From Squalus acanthias (Eukaryota), in NCBI GenBank assembly GCA_030390025.1, contig JASTWF010000035.1, positions 1,426,001 to 1,490,000 on the forward strand: 64,000 bases of DNA, read 5' to 3'. Positions 49,933 through 62,700 of this stretch are shown one piece after another. How positions within the stretch are numbered: position 1 is the first letter of the stretch; every line of letters begins with the position of its first letter. Both the position numbers and the translations under genes were made by a program. Under the pieces are notes generated by a model that was not told the DNA's origin, made no database searches, and saw only the letters and a list, made by a program, of their open reading frames with translations.

Positions 49933-52900
49933 TTGGGAGCAGCAGTTGGAGCGGACCGACCTATGAGGGGTCAGGCGAAGGAGGAGCGAGGAAATAAAGC
50001 CCGAGGCTTGAGGCCCAGACCGAGCTACTGGGAGCAGCAGCGGGAGCGGACCGACCTGTGGGGGAACAGGCGAAGGAGGAGCGAGGAAATAAAGCCCGAG
50101 GCTTGAGGCCCAGACCAAGCTATTGGGAGCAGCAGCGAGAGCGGACCTCAACAGGCAACATTCAAAAGTGACGTCAGAGATTAAAAGTGACGTCAGCACA
50201 AGAGAAGGAGCTGATTGGTAAGTAGGACCTGGTGAGTATTTCTACAGTCCAGTTGTTAAAGTAAAAGTAAGGTCTCTAGTTTAGAGTTAGTAGTGTTTAA
50301 AGTGAAGTAAGGTCCCTAGTGTATTTAATATTATTTAATTTAAAGGAAGTAAAGGGAGTAAATTAAGGGTAGGACATGGCAGGGCAGCTCGGCTGCGTGG
50401 AGTGCTCCTCCTGTGCTATGTCGGAAGTCAGGGACACTTTCGGTGTCCAGGGCGAACACATGTGCAGGAAGTGTCTCCAGATGCAGCTACTCGAAATCCG
50501 CGTTTCGGAGCTCGAGCTGCGGCTGGAGTCACTGTGGAGCATCCGCGAGGCTGAGATCTTCGTGGACAGCACGTTTAATGAGGTGGTCACACTGCAGGTA
50601 AAGAGTGCACAGGCAGACAGGGAATGGGTGACTGCCAGACAGTGTAAAAGAACTAGGAAGGAGGTGTAGGAGTCCCCTGGGTCCATCTCCCTCTCCAACA
50701 GATTTTCCGTTTTGGATACTGCTGGGGGAGATGGTTTCTCAGGGGAATGCAGCAAGAGCCAAGTCCGTGGCTCTACGAGTGGCTCAGCTGCACAGGAGGG
50801 GAGGAAAAACAGTGGGAGAGCAATAGTGATAGGGGATTCTATCGTAAGGGGAACAGATAGACATTTCTGTGGCTGCAGACGTGACTCCAGGATGGTATGT
50901 TGCCTCCCTGGTGCCAAGGTCAAGGATGTCACTGAGCGGCTGCAGGACACTCTGAGGGGGGAGGGCGAACAGCCAGAGGTCGTGGTCCATATTGGTACCA
51001 ATGACACAGGTAGAAAGAGGGACGAGGTCCTGCAAGCAGAATATAGGGAGCTAGGAAATAAATTAAAAAGCAGGACCTCAAAGGTAGTAATCTCAGGATT
51101 ACTCCCAGTGCCACGTGCTAGCGAGAGCAGAAATAGGAGAATAGACCAGATGAATGCGTGGCTGGAGAGATGGTGTAGGAGGGAGGGATTTAAATTCCTC
51201 GGCATTGGAACCGATTCTGGGGAAGGTGGTTACACCTCGGCAGAAACGAGACCAACATCCTCGCAGGGGGTTTTGCTAGTGCTGTTGGGAAGGATTTAAA
51301 TTAGTTTGTCAGGGGTCTGGGAACCTAAGTGTGGGCCCAGAATGGAGAGAAACAAAGCTGGAAGTGCAAGTTAGAAAAGCAGTCAGCAAAACTAGTAGGG
51401 AGCAGAAACAAAGGTCAACAGTAAAGAGGGTCAAAGTGCAGAAAAAAATTTAAACAGGCAAAGTTGAAGGCACTTTATCTAAATGCACATAGCATTCGCA
51501 ACAAGGTGGATGAATTAATGGCACTAATAAAAGTAAATGGGTATGATGTAATTGCCACTACAGAGACATGGTTGCAGGGTAACCAAAGCTGGGAACTGAA
51601 TGTTCCAGGGTACTCAACATTTAGGAAGGACAGACAAAAAGGAAAAGGAGGTGGCGTAGCGCTGTTAATAAGGGATGAGATCTGTACGGTAGAGATAAAA
51701 GATCTTGGCTCGGCAGATCGTGATGTAGAACTGGAATCAGTTTGGGTGGAGCTAAGAAACAGCAAAGGCCGGAAAACATTGGTGGGAGTTGTGTATAGGC
51801 CACCAAACAGTAATGGTAATGTAGGGCACAGTATCAATCAAGAGATTAGAGGTGCATGTAACAAGGGCAATACGGTAATCATGGGGGACTTTAATCTACA
51901 TATTGACTGGGCAAATCAAATTACCACGAATGGTGTGGAGGACGAATTCTTGGAATGCATGCGAGATGGTTTCCTGGATCAGTATGTGGAGGAACCAACC
52001 AGGGAACAGGCTATTCTGGATCTGGTACTGTGTAATGAGAAAGGGCTAATCAATAATCTTGTGGTAAAGGAGCCTTTAGGGACAAGTGACCATAATATGA
52101 TTGAATTTTACATTAAGTTTGAGAGTGATGTCGTCCAATCTGAAACTAAGGTCTTCAATCTAAACAGAGGAAACTACAAGGGTATGAGGGACAAGTTGGC
52201 CATGGTAGATTGGGAGACTACACTAAAAGGTATGAAGGTGGACATACAATGGCTAACATTCAAGGAAATAATGCATAATTTGCAACAAACATATTCCTCC
52301 AGGGCATAAAAACCCAAAAGGAAAAGTGATCCAACCATGGCTAACAAAAGAAATTATAGCTAGTATTAAGTCAAAGAAGGAAGCTTATAAAGTTGCCAGA
52401 AAAAGCGGTCAGCCTGAGGATTGGGATCTTTTTAGAAATCAGCAAAGGGGGACCAAGAAATTGATAAAGAAAGGGAAAATGGAATATGAGCAGAAACTAG
52501 CGAAAAATACAAAAACAGATTGTAAAAGCTTCCATAGGTATGTGAAAAGGAAAAGACTGGCGAAGGTAAATGTCCTTTACCGTCAGAGACGGGAGAATTT
52601 ATAATGGGGAATGAGGAAATGGCTGAGAAATTAAATAAATACTTTGTTTCTGTCTTCACGGAGGAAGACACAAAAAACCTCCCAGAAATACGAGAAAACC
52701 AAGGGTGTGACGAGAATGAGGAACTTAAAGAAATTATTATTCGTAAAAAAACAGAACTAGCAAAATGAATGGGACTAAAAGTCGATAAATCCCAAGGACC
52801 GGATGACCTACATCCTAGGGTTTTGAAAGAGGTGGCCATTGGAATAGTGGACGCATTGGTTGTCATCTTCCAAAATTCTATAGATTCTGGAATGGTTCCT

Positions 52901-55900
52901 GCAGATTGGAGGACAGCAAATGTAACCCCGCTATTTAAGAAAGGAGGGAGAGCGAAAACGGGGAACTACAGACCTGTTAGCCTCACATCAGTAGTTGGGA
53001 AAATGCTGGAACCTATTATAAAGGATGCAATAACTGGGCACTTAGAAACTAATAGTAAGATTGGGCAGAGTCAACATGGATTTATGAAAGGGCAATCCTG
53101 TTTGACAAATCTATTGGAGTTCTTTGAGGATGTAACTAGTGGAGTAGACAAAGGGGAACTGGTAGATGTGGTGTATCTGGATTTTCAGAAGGCCTTCGAT
53201 AAGGTCCCACACAAGAGGTTGGTGAACAAAATTAGGGCACATGGAATTGGGGGTAATATACTAACATGGATTGAGAATTGGTTAATAGACAGAAAACAAA
53301 GAGTAGGGATAAACGGGTCTTTTTCAGGATGGCAGGCTGTGACTAGTGGGGTACCGCAAGGATCAGTGCTTGGGCCCCAGCTATTCACAATCTATATCAA
53401 TGATTTGGATGAGGGGACTAAATGTAACATTTCCAAATTTGCTGATGATACAAAGCAGTGTAAGTTGCGAAGAGGATGTGAAGAGGCTTCAAGGGGATCT
53501 CGACAGGCTCAGTGAGTGGGCGAGAACATGGCAGATGGAATATAATGTGGATAAATGTGAAGTTATCCATTTTGGTAGAAAAAACAGAAAGGCATAGTAT
53601 TTCCTAAATGGTGAAAGATTGGGGAATGCAGATGCTCAAAGGGACCTGGGTGTCCTTGTACATGAGTCACTGAAAGTGAATGTGCAGGTGCAGCAAGCCA
53701 TTAGGAAGGCAAATGGTATGCTGGCCTTCATTACAAGAGGATTTGAGTACAGGAGTAAAGAAGTCTTACTCCAATTATATAGGGCCTTGGTGAGACCACA
53801 CCTGGAGTACTGTGCACAATTTTGGTCTCCTTACCTAAGGAAGGATATACTTGCCATAGAGGGAGTGCAACGAAGGTTCACGAGATTGATTCCTGGGATG
53901 GCGGGACTGTCGTATGAGAAGAGATTGAGTAAACTCGGCCTGTAATCTCTTGAATTCAGAAGAATGAGAGGGGATCTCATTGAAGCATACAAAATTATTA
54001 CAGGGCTTGATAGGATGGATGCTGGGAGAATGTTTCCCTTGGCTGGGGAGTCTAGAACCAGGGGCCACAGCCTCAAGATAAAGGGTAGGCCATTCAGGAC
54101 TGAGATGAGAAGAAATTTCTTCACACAGAAGGTGGTGAATCTTTGGAATTCTCGACCCCAGAGGGCTGTGGAGGCTCAGTCATTGGGTATATTCAAAACA
54201 GAAGTCGATAGATTTCTGACTAGTAAGGGCATCAAGGGATATGACGATAGGGCCGGTGAATGGAGTTACATAGAACAGTACAGCACAGTACAGGCCCTTC
54301 GGCCCTCGATGTTGTGCCGAGCATTGTCCGAGACCAAGATCAAGCTATCACACTCCCTATCACTCTGGTGTGCTCCATGTGCTTATCCAATAACCGCTTG
54401 AAAGTTCCTAAAGTGTCCAACTCCACTATCACAGCAGGCAGTCCATTCCACACCCCAACCACTCTCTGAGTAAAGAATCTACCTCGGACATCCCTTCTAT
54501 ATCTCCCCCCATGCACCTTATAGTTATGCCCCCTTGTAACAGCTGCCTCTACCCGAGGAAATAGTCTCTGAACATCCACTCTATCTATCCCCCTCATCAT
54601 CTTATAAACCTTTATTAAGTCGCCTCTCATCCTCCTCCGCTCTAAAGAGAAAAGCCCCAACTCCCTCAATCTTTCCTCATAAGACCTCCCCCCCAAACCA
54701 GGCAGCATCCTGGTAAATCTCCTTTGCACTCTTTCCAATGCTTCCACGTCCTTCCTATAGTGAGGTGACCAGAACTGCACACAATATTCCAAATGTGGTC
54801 TCACCAAGGTCCTGTACAGTTGCAGCATAACCTCACGGTTCTTAAACTCAAACCCTCTGTTAATAAACGCCAACACACCATAGGCCTTCTTTACTGCTCT
54901 ATCCACTTGAGTGGCAACCTTCAGAGATCTGTGGATATGAACCCCCAGATCCCTCTGCTCCTCCACGTTCCTCAGAACCCTGCCGTTGACCCTGTAATCC
55001 TTATTCAAATTTGCCCTACCAAAATGAATCACCTCGCACTTATCAGGGTTAAATTCCATCTGCCATTTTTCGGCCCAGCTCTGCATCCTATCAATGTCTC
55101 TTTGCAGCCTACAACTGCCCTCCACCTCATCCACTACTCCACCAATCTTGGTGTCATCAGCAAATTTACTGATCCACCCTTCAGTCCCCTCCTCCAAGTC
55201 ATTGATAAAAATCACAAACAGCAGAGGACCCAGCACCGACCCCTGTGGCACACCGCTGGTAACTGGTCTCCAGTCCGAAAATGTTCCATCCACCACCACC
55301 CTCTGCCTTCTATGAGATAGCCAGTTACTTATCCAATCGGCCAAATTTCCCTCTATCCCACAACTCCTTACTTTCTTCATGAGACGACCATGGGGAACCT
55401 TATCAAACGCCTTACTAAAATCCATGTATACGACATCAACTGCTCTACCTTCATCTACACACTTAGTTACCTCCTCAAAGAATTCAATCAAATTTGTTAG
55501 GCAAGACTTACCCTTCACGAATCCGTGTTGACTATCCCTGATTAAGTTGCCCCTTTCCAAATGGTCATAAATCCTATCCCTCAGGATCCTTTTCCATTAT
55601 CTTACCAACCACCGAAGTAAGACTAACCGGCCTATAATTACCAGGGTCATTCCTATTTCCTTTCTTGAAGAGAGGAACAACATTCGCCACTCTCCAGTCC
55701 TCTGGCACCATCCCCGTGGACAGTGAGGACCCAAAGATCAAAGCCAGAGGCTCTGCAATCTCCTCCCTTGCCTCCCAAAGAATCCTAGGATATATCCCAT
55801 CTGGCCCAGGGGACTTATCGACCCTCAGGTTCTTCAAAATTGCTAAAACATCTTCCCTCAGAACATCTACCACCTCCAGCCTATCCACCTTTATCACACT

Positions 55901-57243
55901 CTCATCCTCAAGAACATGGCCCCTCTCCTCGGTGAACACTGACGAAAAGTATTCATTCATCACCTCTCCTATCTCTTCTGACTCCATGCACAAGTTCCCA
56001 CTACTGTCCTTGACCGGCCCTACCCTCACCCTGGTCATTCTTTTATTTCTCACATAAGAGTAAAAAGCCTTGGGGTTTTTCTTGATCCGACCCGCCAAGG
56101 ACTTCTCATGCCCCCTCCTAGCTCTCCTAAGCTCTTTTTTTAGCTCATTCCTTGCTACCTTGTACCCCTCAATCGACCCAACTGAACCTTGTTTTCTCAT
56201 CCTTACATACGCTTCCTTTTTCCTCTTGACTAGACATTCAACCTCTTTTGTGAACCATGGTTCTCTCACTCGGCCATTTCCTCCCTGCCTGACAGGGACA
56301 TACCTATCAAGGACACGCAGTAATTGCTCCATGAAAAAGCTCCACTTTTCGTTTGTGCCTTTCCCTGATAGTTTCTGTTCCCATCTTATACTCCCTAATT
56401 CTTGCCTAATCGCATCATAATTACCCCTCCCCCAATTATAAACCCTGCCCTGCCGTATGGCCCTATCCCTCTCCATTGCAATAGTGAAAGTTACCGAATT
56501 GTGGTCACTATCTCCAAAGTGCTCTCCCACATACAAATCAAACACTTGGCCCGGTTCATTACCCAGTACCAAATCCAACGTGGCCCCACCTCTTGTCGGC
56601 CTATCCACATATTGTGTCAGGAAACCCTCCTGCACACACTGTGCAAAAACTATCCATCCGAACTGTTTGACCTATAAAGGTTCCAATCAATATTTGGAAA
56701 GTTGAAGTCACCCATGACAACTACTCTGTGACCTCCACACCTATTCATAATCTGCTTTGCAATTTCTTCCTCCACATCTTTATTACTATTTGGGGGCCTG
56801 TAGAAAACTCCTAACAACGTGACCGCTCCTTTCCTATTTCTAACTTCAGCCCATATTACCTCAGACGGCAGATCCCCCTCGAACTGCCTTTCTGCCGCTG
56901 TTAAACTATCCTTGATTAACAATGCTACTCCTCCACCTTTCTTACCAACTTCCCTACTCTTACTGAAACATCTATATCCCGGAACTTCCAACAACCATTC
57001 CTGTCCCTGTTCTAACCATGTCTCCGTAATGGCCACCACATCGTAGTCCCAAGTACCAATCCACGCTCCAAGTTCTCCTACCTTATTCCGGATGCTCCTT
57101 GCATTGAAGTAGACACACTTCAAGCCATCTTCCTGTCTGCCGGAGTTGAGGCAGAAGATCAGCCATGATCTCATTGAATGGCGGAGGAGGCTCGAAGGGC
57201 CGAATGGCCTACTCCTGCTCCTATTTCTTATGTTCTTATGTTC
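49933..57243 (+). mobile_element. Near full-length CR1 with disrupted ORF1 (50376-51299) and ORF2 (~51464-54270)
   Basis: 5' UTR with ~95-bp tandem repeat; CSSC...CRKC, GDS, GTND; EN/RT motifs with stops; 3' UTR resumes at 57148. Confidence 0.92.
54268..57141 (-). mobile_element. CR1 with a distinct 3' UTR, covering nearly all of ORF2 (frameshifted)
   Basis: ORFs 56650-57141, 55574-56635, 54340-55560; TSD ggagtt. Confidence 0.93.
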
Positions 57244-58772
57244 TCCCCACTCCCCACCCCCACTCCTCACCCCCACTCCCCACCCCCACTAGATGAACTG
57301 AAGGTGTTGATAAAGGGTATGATATTGTTGCTATCACGGAGACATGGTTGAGGGAGGGGCAAGACTGGCAGCTCAATATTCTGGGGTACAGAATCTTCAG
57401 GCGAGACAGAGGGGGAGGTATAAGAGGAGGGGGTGTCGCAATATTAATTAAGGAATCAATTACTGCCATAAGGAGGGATGATACATTAGCAGGTTCCTCC
57501 AATGAGGCTATATGGGTGGAGCTTAAAAACAAAAAGGGGGCAAGCACTTTGCTGGGAGCGTACTATAGGCCCCCAAACAGTCAGGGGGAGATAGAGGAAC
57601 AGATATGTAGGCAAATCTCAGAGAAATGTGCAAATAATAGGGTAATAATAATGGGGGATTTCAACTTCCCCAATATTAACTGGGATAGTCAGAGTGTGAA
57701 AGACTTAGAGGGTTCAAAATTCTTGAAGTGCATCCAGGAGAGCTTTTTGAGCCCGCATGTAGAAAGTCCTACAAGAGAGGGGGCGGTACTGGACCTAATT
57801 CTAGGGAATGTGGCCGGCCAAGTGGAAGAAGTGCTAGTAGGTGAGCACTTTGGTGACAGTGACCATAATACAGTGAGATTTAAGGTGGTCATGGAAAAGG
57901 ACAGGGATGGGCCGGAAATAAAGGTTCTAAATTGGGGGAAGGCCGATTTTAATAGGATAAGGCAGGATCTAGCCAAAATGGACTGGGATCAGCTGCTTGT
58001 AGGAAAATCCGCATCGGAGCAATGGGATTCTTTCAGAAGGGAGATTGAGATCATACAATGGCAGCATGTTCCCGTAAAGGTCAAGGGTGGTTCCAAAAAC
58101 CCCAGGGAACCTTGGATGTCGGGGGATATACGAGAATGGATCAGGAAAAAAAGGAGGGCTTTTGGCAGATACAAAATGCTAAAGACGGAGGAAGCCCTAG
58201 AGGAGTACAAAAAGTGCAGGGGGATACTTAAAAAAGAAATTAGGAGATCAAGGAGGGGCCATGAAATAACACTGGCGAGCAAAATAAAGGAAAATCCTAA
58301 GATGTTTTATAAGTATATTAAGGGTAAGAGGATAACTAGGGAAAAAATAGGGCCCATTAGGGACAAAAGTGGCAATGTGTGTGTGGAGCCGGAAGATGTA
58401 GGTGGGGTTCTAAATGAATTTTTTGCAACACGGTGGCATAGTGGTTAGCACTGGTGCCTCACAGCGCCAGGGACCCGGGATCGAATCTGACCTCGGGTGA
58501 CTGTCTGTGTGGAGTTTGCACATTCTCCCCGTGTCTGCGTGGGTTTCCTCCGGGTGCTCCGATTTCCTCCCACAGTCCAAAAATGTGTGGGTTAGGTTGA
58601 TTTGGCTATGATAAATTGACCCTTAGTGTTAGGGGGGTATTAAATATGTGGGGTTATGGGGATAGGATGGGATATAGAAACATAGAAACATAGAAAATAG
58701 GTACAGGAGTAGACCATTCGGTCCTTCGAGCCTGCACCGCCATTCAATGCGTTCATGGCTGAACATGCTACC

Positions 58773-61709
58773 TCAGTACCCCATTCCTGCTTTCTCGCCA
58801 TACCCCTTGATCCCCTTAGTTGTGAGTGTTATATCTAACTCCCTTTTGAATATATTTAGCGAACTGGCCTCAACAACCTTCTGTGGAAGAGAATTCCATA
58901 GATTCACCACTCTCTGGGTGAAGAAGTTCCTCCTCAGCTCAGTCCTAAATGGCTTCCCCTTAATCCTTAGACTGTGACCCCTGGTTCTAGTTTTCCCTAC
59001 CATTGGGAACATTCTGCCCGCATCTAATTTGTCTAAACCAGTCAGGATTTTAAATGTCTCTATAAGATCCCCCCTCATTCTTCTGAACTCCAGAGGATAC
59101 AAGTTCAGTTGACCCAATCTTTCTTGATATGTCAGTCCGGCCATCCCAGGAATCAATCTAGTGAACCTTCGCTGCACTCCCTCAATAGCAAGAATGTCCT
59201 TCCTTAAGTTAGGAGACCAAAACTGCGCACAATACTCCAGGTGTGGCCTCACCAAGGCCCTGTACAACTGTAGCATCACCTCCCTACTCCTGTACTCAAA
59301 TCCCCTTGCTATGAAGGCCATCATTCCGTTTGCTTTCTTGACTGCCTGCTGCACTTGCATTCCCACCTTCAGTGACTGATGTACCATGACGCCCAGGTCT
59401 CGTTGCACGTCCCCTTTCCCTAATCTGCCACCATTCAGGTAATAGTCCGCCTCTCTATTTTTACCACCAAAGTGGATAACCTCACATTTATCCACATTGT
59501 ACTTCATCTGCCATACATTTGCCCATTCACCCAACCTGTCCAAGTCACTCTGTAGCCTCCTAGCATCCTCCTCATTGTTCACACTGCCTCCCAATTTAGT
59601 GTCATCCGCAAATTTGGAGATATTACATTTAATCCCTTCGTCCAAATCATTAATATATAATGTAAACAGCTGGTGTCCCAGCACCGAACCCTGCGGTACC
59701 CCGCTGGTCACTGCCTGCCATTCTGAAAAGTACCCATTTACTCCTACTCTTTGTTTCCTGTGTGCCAACCAGTTCTCAATCCACGTCAACACATTACCCC
59801 CAATCCCATGTGCTTTAACTTTGCTCACCAATCTCTTGTGTGGGACCTTGTCGAAGGCCTTCTGAAAGTCCAAATACACCACATCTACTGGTTCCCCCCT
59901 GTCCACCCTATTGGAAACATCCTCAAAAAATTCCAGAAGATTTGTCAAGCATGATTTCCCTTTCACAAATCCATGCTGACTTGGACCTATCATGTCGCCA
60001 CTTTCCAAATGGTCTGTTATGACATCTTTAATAATTGCTTCCATCATTTTACCCACGACCGATGTCAGGCTGACCGGTCTATAATTCCCTGCTTTCTCCC
60101 TCCCTCCTTTTTTAAAAAGAGGGGTTACATTGGCCACCCTCCACTCCATCGGAACTGATCCAGAGTCTAAGGAATGTTGGAAAATGATCGTCAATGCATC
60201 CACTATTTCCAAGGCCACCTCCTTAAGTACTCTGGGATGCAGACCATCAGGCCCCGGGGATTTTTCAGCCTTCAGTCCCATCAATTTCCCCAATACCTTT
60301 TCCCGACTAATAAGGATTTCCCTCAGCTCCTCCCTCTTACCAGATCCTCTGACCCCTTTTATTTCCGGCAGGTTGTGTGTGTCCTCCACAGTAAACACCG
60401 AACCAAAGTACTTGTTCAATTGATCTGCCATTTCCTTGTTCCCCATTACGACTTGCCCTGTTTCCGACTGCAGGGGACCTACGTTTGTTTTTACTAACCT
60501 CTTTCTTTTTACATATTTATAGAAGCTTTTGCAGTCCATTTTAATGTTCTCTGCAAGCTTCCTTTCATATTTTATTTTCCCTGCCCTAATCAAACCCTTC
60601 GTCCTCCTCTGCTGAGTTTTGAAGTTCTCCCAGTCCCCGGGTTTGCTGCTACTTCTGGCCAATTTGTATGCAACTTCCTTGGTTTTAATACTATCCCTGA
60701 TTTCCCTTGTTAGCCATGGTTGAGCCACCTTCCCTTTTTTATTTTTATGCCAGACCGGGATGTACAATTGTTGTAGTTCATCCATGCGATCTCTAAATGT
60801 CTGCCATTGCCCTTCCACTGATAGCCCCTTAAATATCGCTTGCCAATTTAACCTCGCCAATTCACGCCTCATACCCTCAAAGTTGCCCTTATTTAAGTTC
60901 TGGACCATGGTCTCTGACTTAACTGTTTCCTTCTCCATCCTAATGTAGAACTCCACCATACTATGGTCACTCTTCCCCAGGGGGCCTCGTACCACAAGAT
61001 TGCTGATTAGTCCCTCCTCATTACACAACACCCAGTCCAGGATGGCCTCCCCTCGAGTTGGTTCCTCAACATATTGGTTTAGGAAACCATCCCTTAAACA
61101 CTCCAGGAAATCCTCCTCCACCGTATTGCTTCCAGTTTGAGTAGCCCAATCTATATGCATATTAAAGTCACCCATGATAACTGCCGTGCCTTTTTTGCAC
61201 GCACCTCTGATTTCCTGTTTCATACCCTCCCCCACCTCACTACTGCTGTTTGGAGGTCTGTACACAACTCCCACTAACGTTTTCTGCCCTTTGGTGTTCT
61301 GCAGCTCAACCCATATTGATTCCACATCCTCCAAGCTGATGTCCTTCCTAGCTATTGCATTAATCTCCTCTTTAACCAGCAATGCTACCCCACCCCCTTT
61401 TCCTTTTATTCTATCCTTTCTGAATGTTGAATACCCCTGGATGTTCAGTTCCCAGCCTTGATTGTTCTGGAGCCACGTCTCTGTAATCCCAATCACATCG
61501 TATCCGTTAACATCTATTTGCACAGTCAATTCATCCACCTTATTACGGATACTCCTTGCATTAAGACACAGAGCCTTTAGGCTTGTTTTATTAACATCCT
61601 TTGTCCTTTTAGACTTATGATTTAGTATGGCCCTTTGTGTTTCTTGCCTTTGTTTACTCGGCCTTCCCCTATTGTTTCTCACCCTTCTAACATTTGTTTC
61701 TGACTGCAT
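58773..61709 (-). CDS. CR1 ORF2 EN+RT, 978 aa, uninterrupted
   Basis: Same motifs as 37624-40560; GSVLGH instead of GSVLGP. Confidence 0.95.
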   Translation of the reverse strand: MQSETNVRRVRNNRGRPSKQRQETQRAILNHKSKRTKDVNKTSLKALCLNARSIRNKVDELTVQIDVNGYDVIGITETWLQNNQGWELNIQGYSTFRKDRIKGKGGGVALLVKEEINAIARKDISLEDVESIWVELQNTKGQKTLVGVVYRPPNSSSEVGEGMKQEIRGACKKGTAVIMGDFNMHIDWATQTGSNTVEEDFLECLRDGFLNQYVEEPTRGEAILDWVLCNEEGLISNLVVRGPLGKSDHSMVEFYIRMEKETVKSETMVQNLNKGNFEGMRRELARLNWQAIFKGLSVEGQWQTFRDRMDELQQLYIPVWHKNKKGKVAQPWLTREIRDSIKTKEVAYKLARSSSKPGDWENFKTQQRRTKGLIRAGKIKYERKLAENIKMDCKSFYKYVKRKRLVKTNVGPLQSETGQVVMGNKEMADQLNKYFGSVFTVEDTHNLPEIKGVRGSGKREELREILISREKVLGKLMGLKAEKSPGPDGLHPRVLKEVALEIVDALTIIFQHSLDSGSVPMEWRVANVTPLFKKGGREKAGNYRPVSLTSVVGKMMEAIIKDVITDHLESGDMIGPSQHGFVKGKSCLTNLLEFFEDVSNRVDRGEPVDVVYLDFQKAFDKVPHKRLVSKVKAHGIGGNVLTWIENWLAHRKQRVGVNGYFSEWQAVTSGVPQGSVLGHQLFTLYINDLDEGIKCNISKFADDTKLGGSVNNEEDARRLQSDLDRLGEWANVWQMKYNVDKCEVIHFGGKNREADYYLNGGRLGKGDVQRDLGVMVHQSLKVGMQVQQAVKKANGMMAFIARGFEYRSREVMLQLYRALVRPHLEYCAQFWSPNLRKDILAIEGVQRRFTRLIPGMAGLTYQERLGQLNLYPLEFRRMRGDLIETFKILTGLDKLDAGRMFPMVGKTRTRGHSLRIKGKPFRTELRRNFFTQRVVNLWNSLPQKVVEASSLNIFKRELDITLTTKGIKGYGEKAGMGY

Positions 61710-61756
61710 ATTACTTCCCCCTGTTTCGCTACATAGGTTCCCATTCCCCTGCCATA

Positions 61757-62700
61757 TTAGTTTAAATCCTCCCGAACTGCTTTAGCAAATATTACCCCGA
61801 GGACATCGGTTCCAGTCCTGCCCAATTGCAGACCGTCCCTTTTGTACAGGTCCCACTTCCCCCAGAACTGGTTCCAATGCCTCAGGAATTTGAATCCCTC
61901 CCTCCTGCACCACTGCTCAAGCCACGTATTCAATCTCACTATCCTGTTCTCTCTATTCTGATTAGCACGTGGCCCTGGTAGCAATCCAGAGATTACTACC
62001 TTAGAGGTCCTACTTTTTAATTTAGCTCCTAGCTCCCTAAATTCTGCTTGTAGGACCTCTTCCCGCTTTTTACCTATATCGTTGGTACCTACATGCACCA
62101 CGACAGCTGGCTGTTCACCCTCCCTCTTCAGAATGTTCTGCAGCCGCTCCGAGACATCCTTGACCCTTGCACCAGGGAGGCAACATACCATCCTGGAATC
62201 TCGGTTGCGGCCACAGAAACTCCTGTCTATTCCCTTACAATTGAGTCCCCTATCACTATAGCCCTACCACTCTTTTTCCCGCCCTGCTGTGCAGCAGAGC
62301 CAGCCATGGTGCCATGAACCTGGCTGCTAGTGCCTTCCCCTGGTAGGCCATCTCCCCCAACAGTATCCAAAGCGGCATACCTGTTTTGGAGGGAGATGAC
62401 CACAGGGGACTCCTGCACTACCTTCCTGATATTGCCCTGCTTCTTGGTCACCCATTCACTGTCTGTCCTAGCCTTTACCTGCGGTGTGGACAACTCACTA
62501 AATGAGCGATTCACCGAGTTCTCGGCATCGTGCATGCTCCAGAGTGAGTCCACCCGCAGCTCCAGCACCGCCATGCGGGCTGTCAGGAGCTGCAGCTGGA
62601 CACACTTCCCGCACACGTAGTTGTCAGGGACACTGGAAGTGTCCCTGGTTTCCCACATGGCACAGGAGGAGCATGAAACGGGTCCGAGACTTCCTGTCAT
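61757..62700 (-). pseudogene. CR1 ORF1 (zinc finger plus SGNH esterase) with a single 1-bp deletion
   Basis: ccc at 62232-62234 where the sister copy has cccc; DGLQL replaces DGLHL. Confidence 0.88.
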
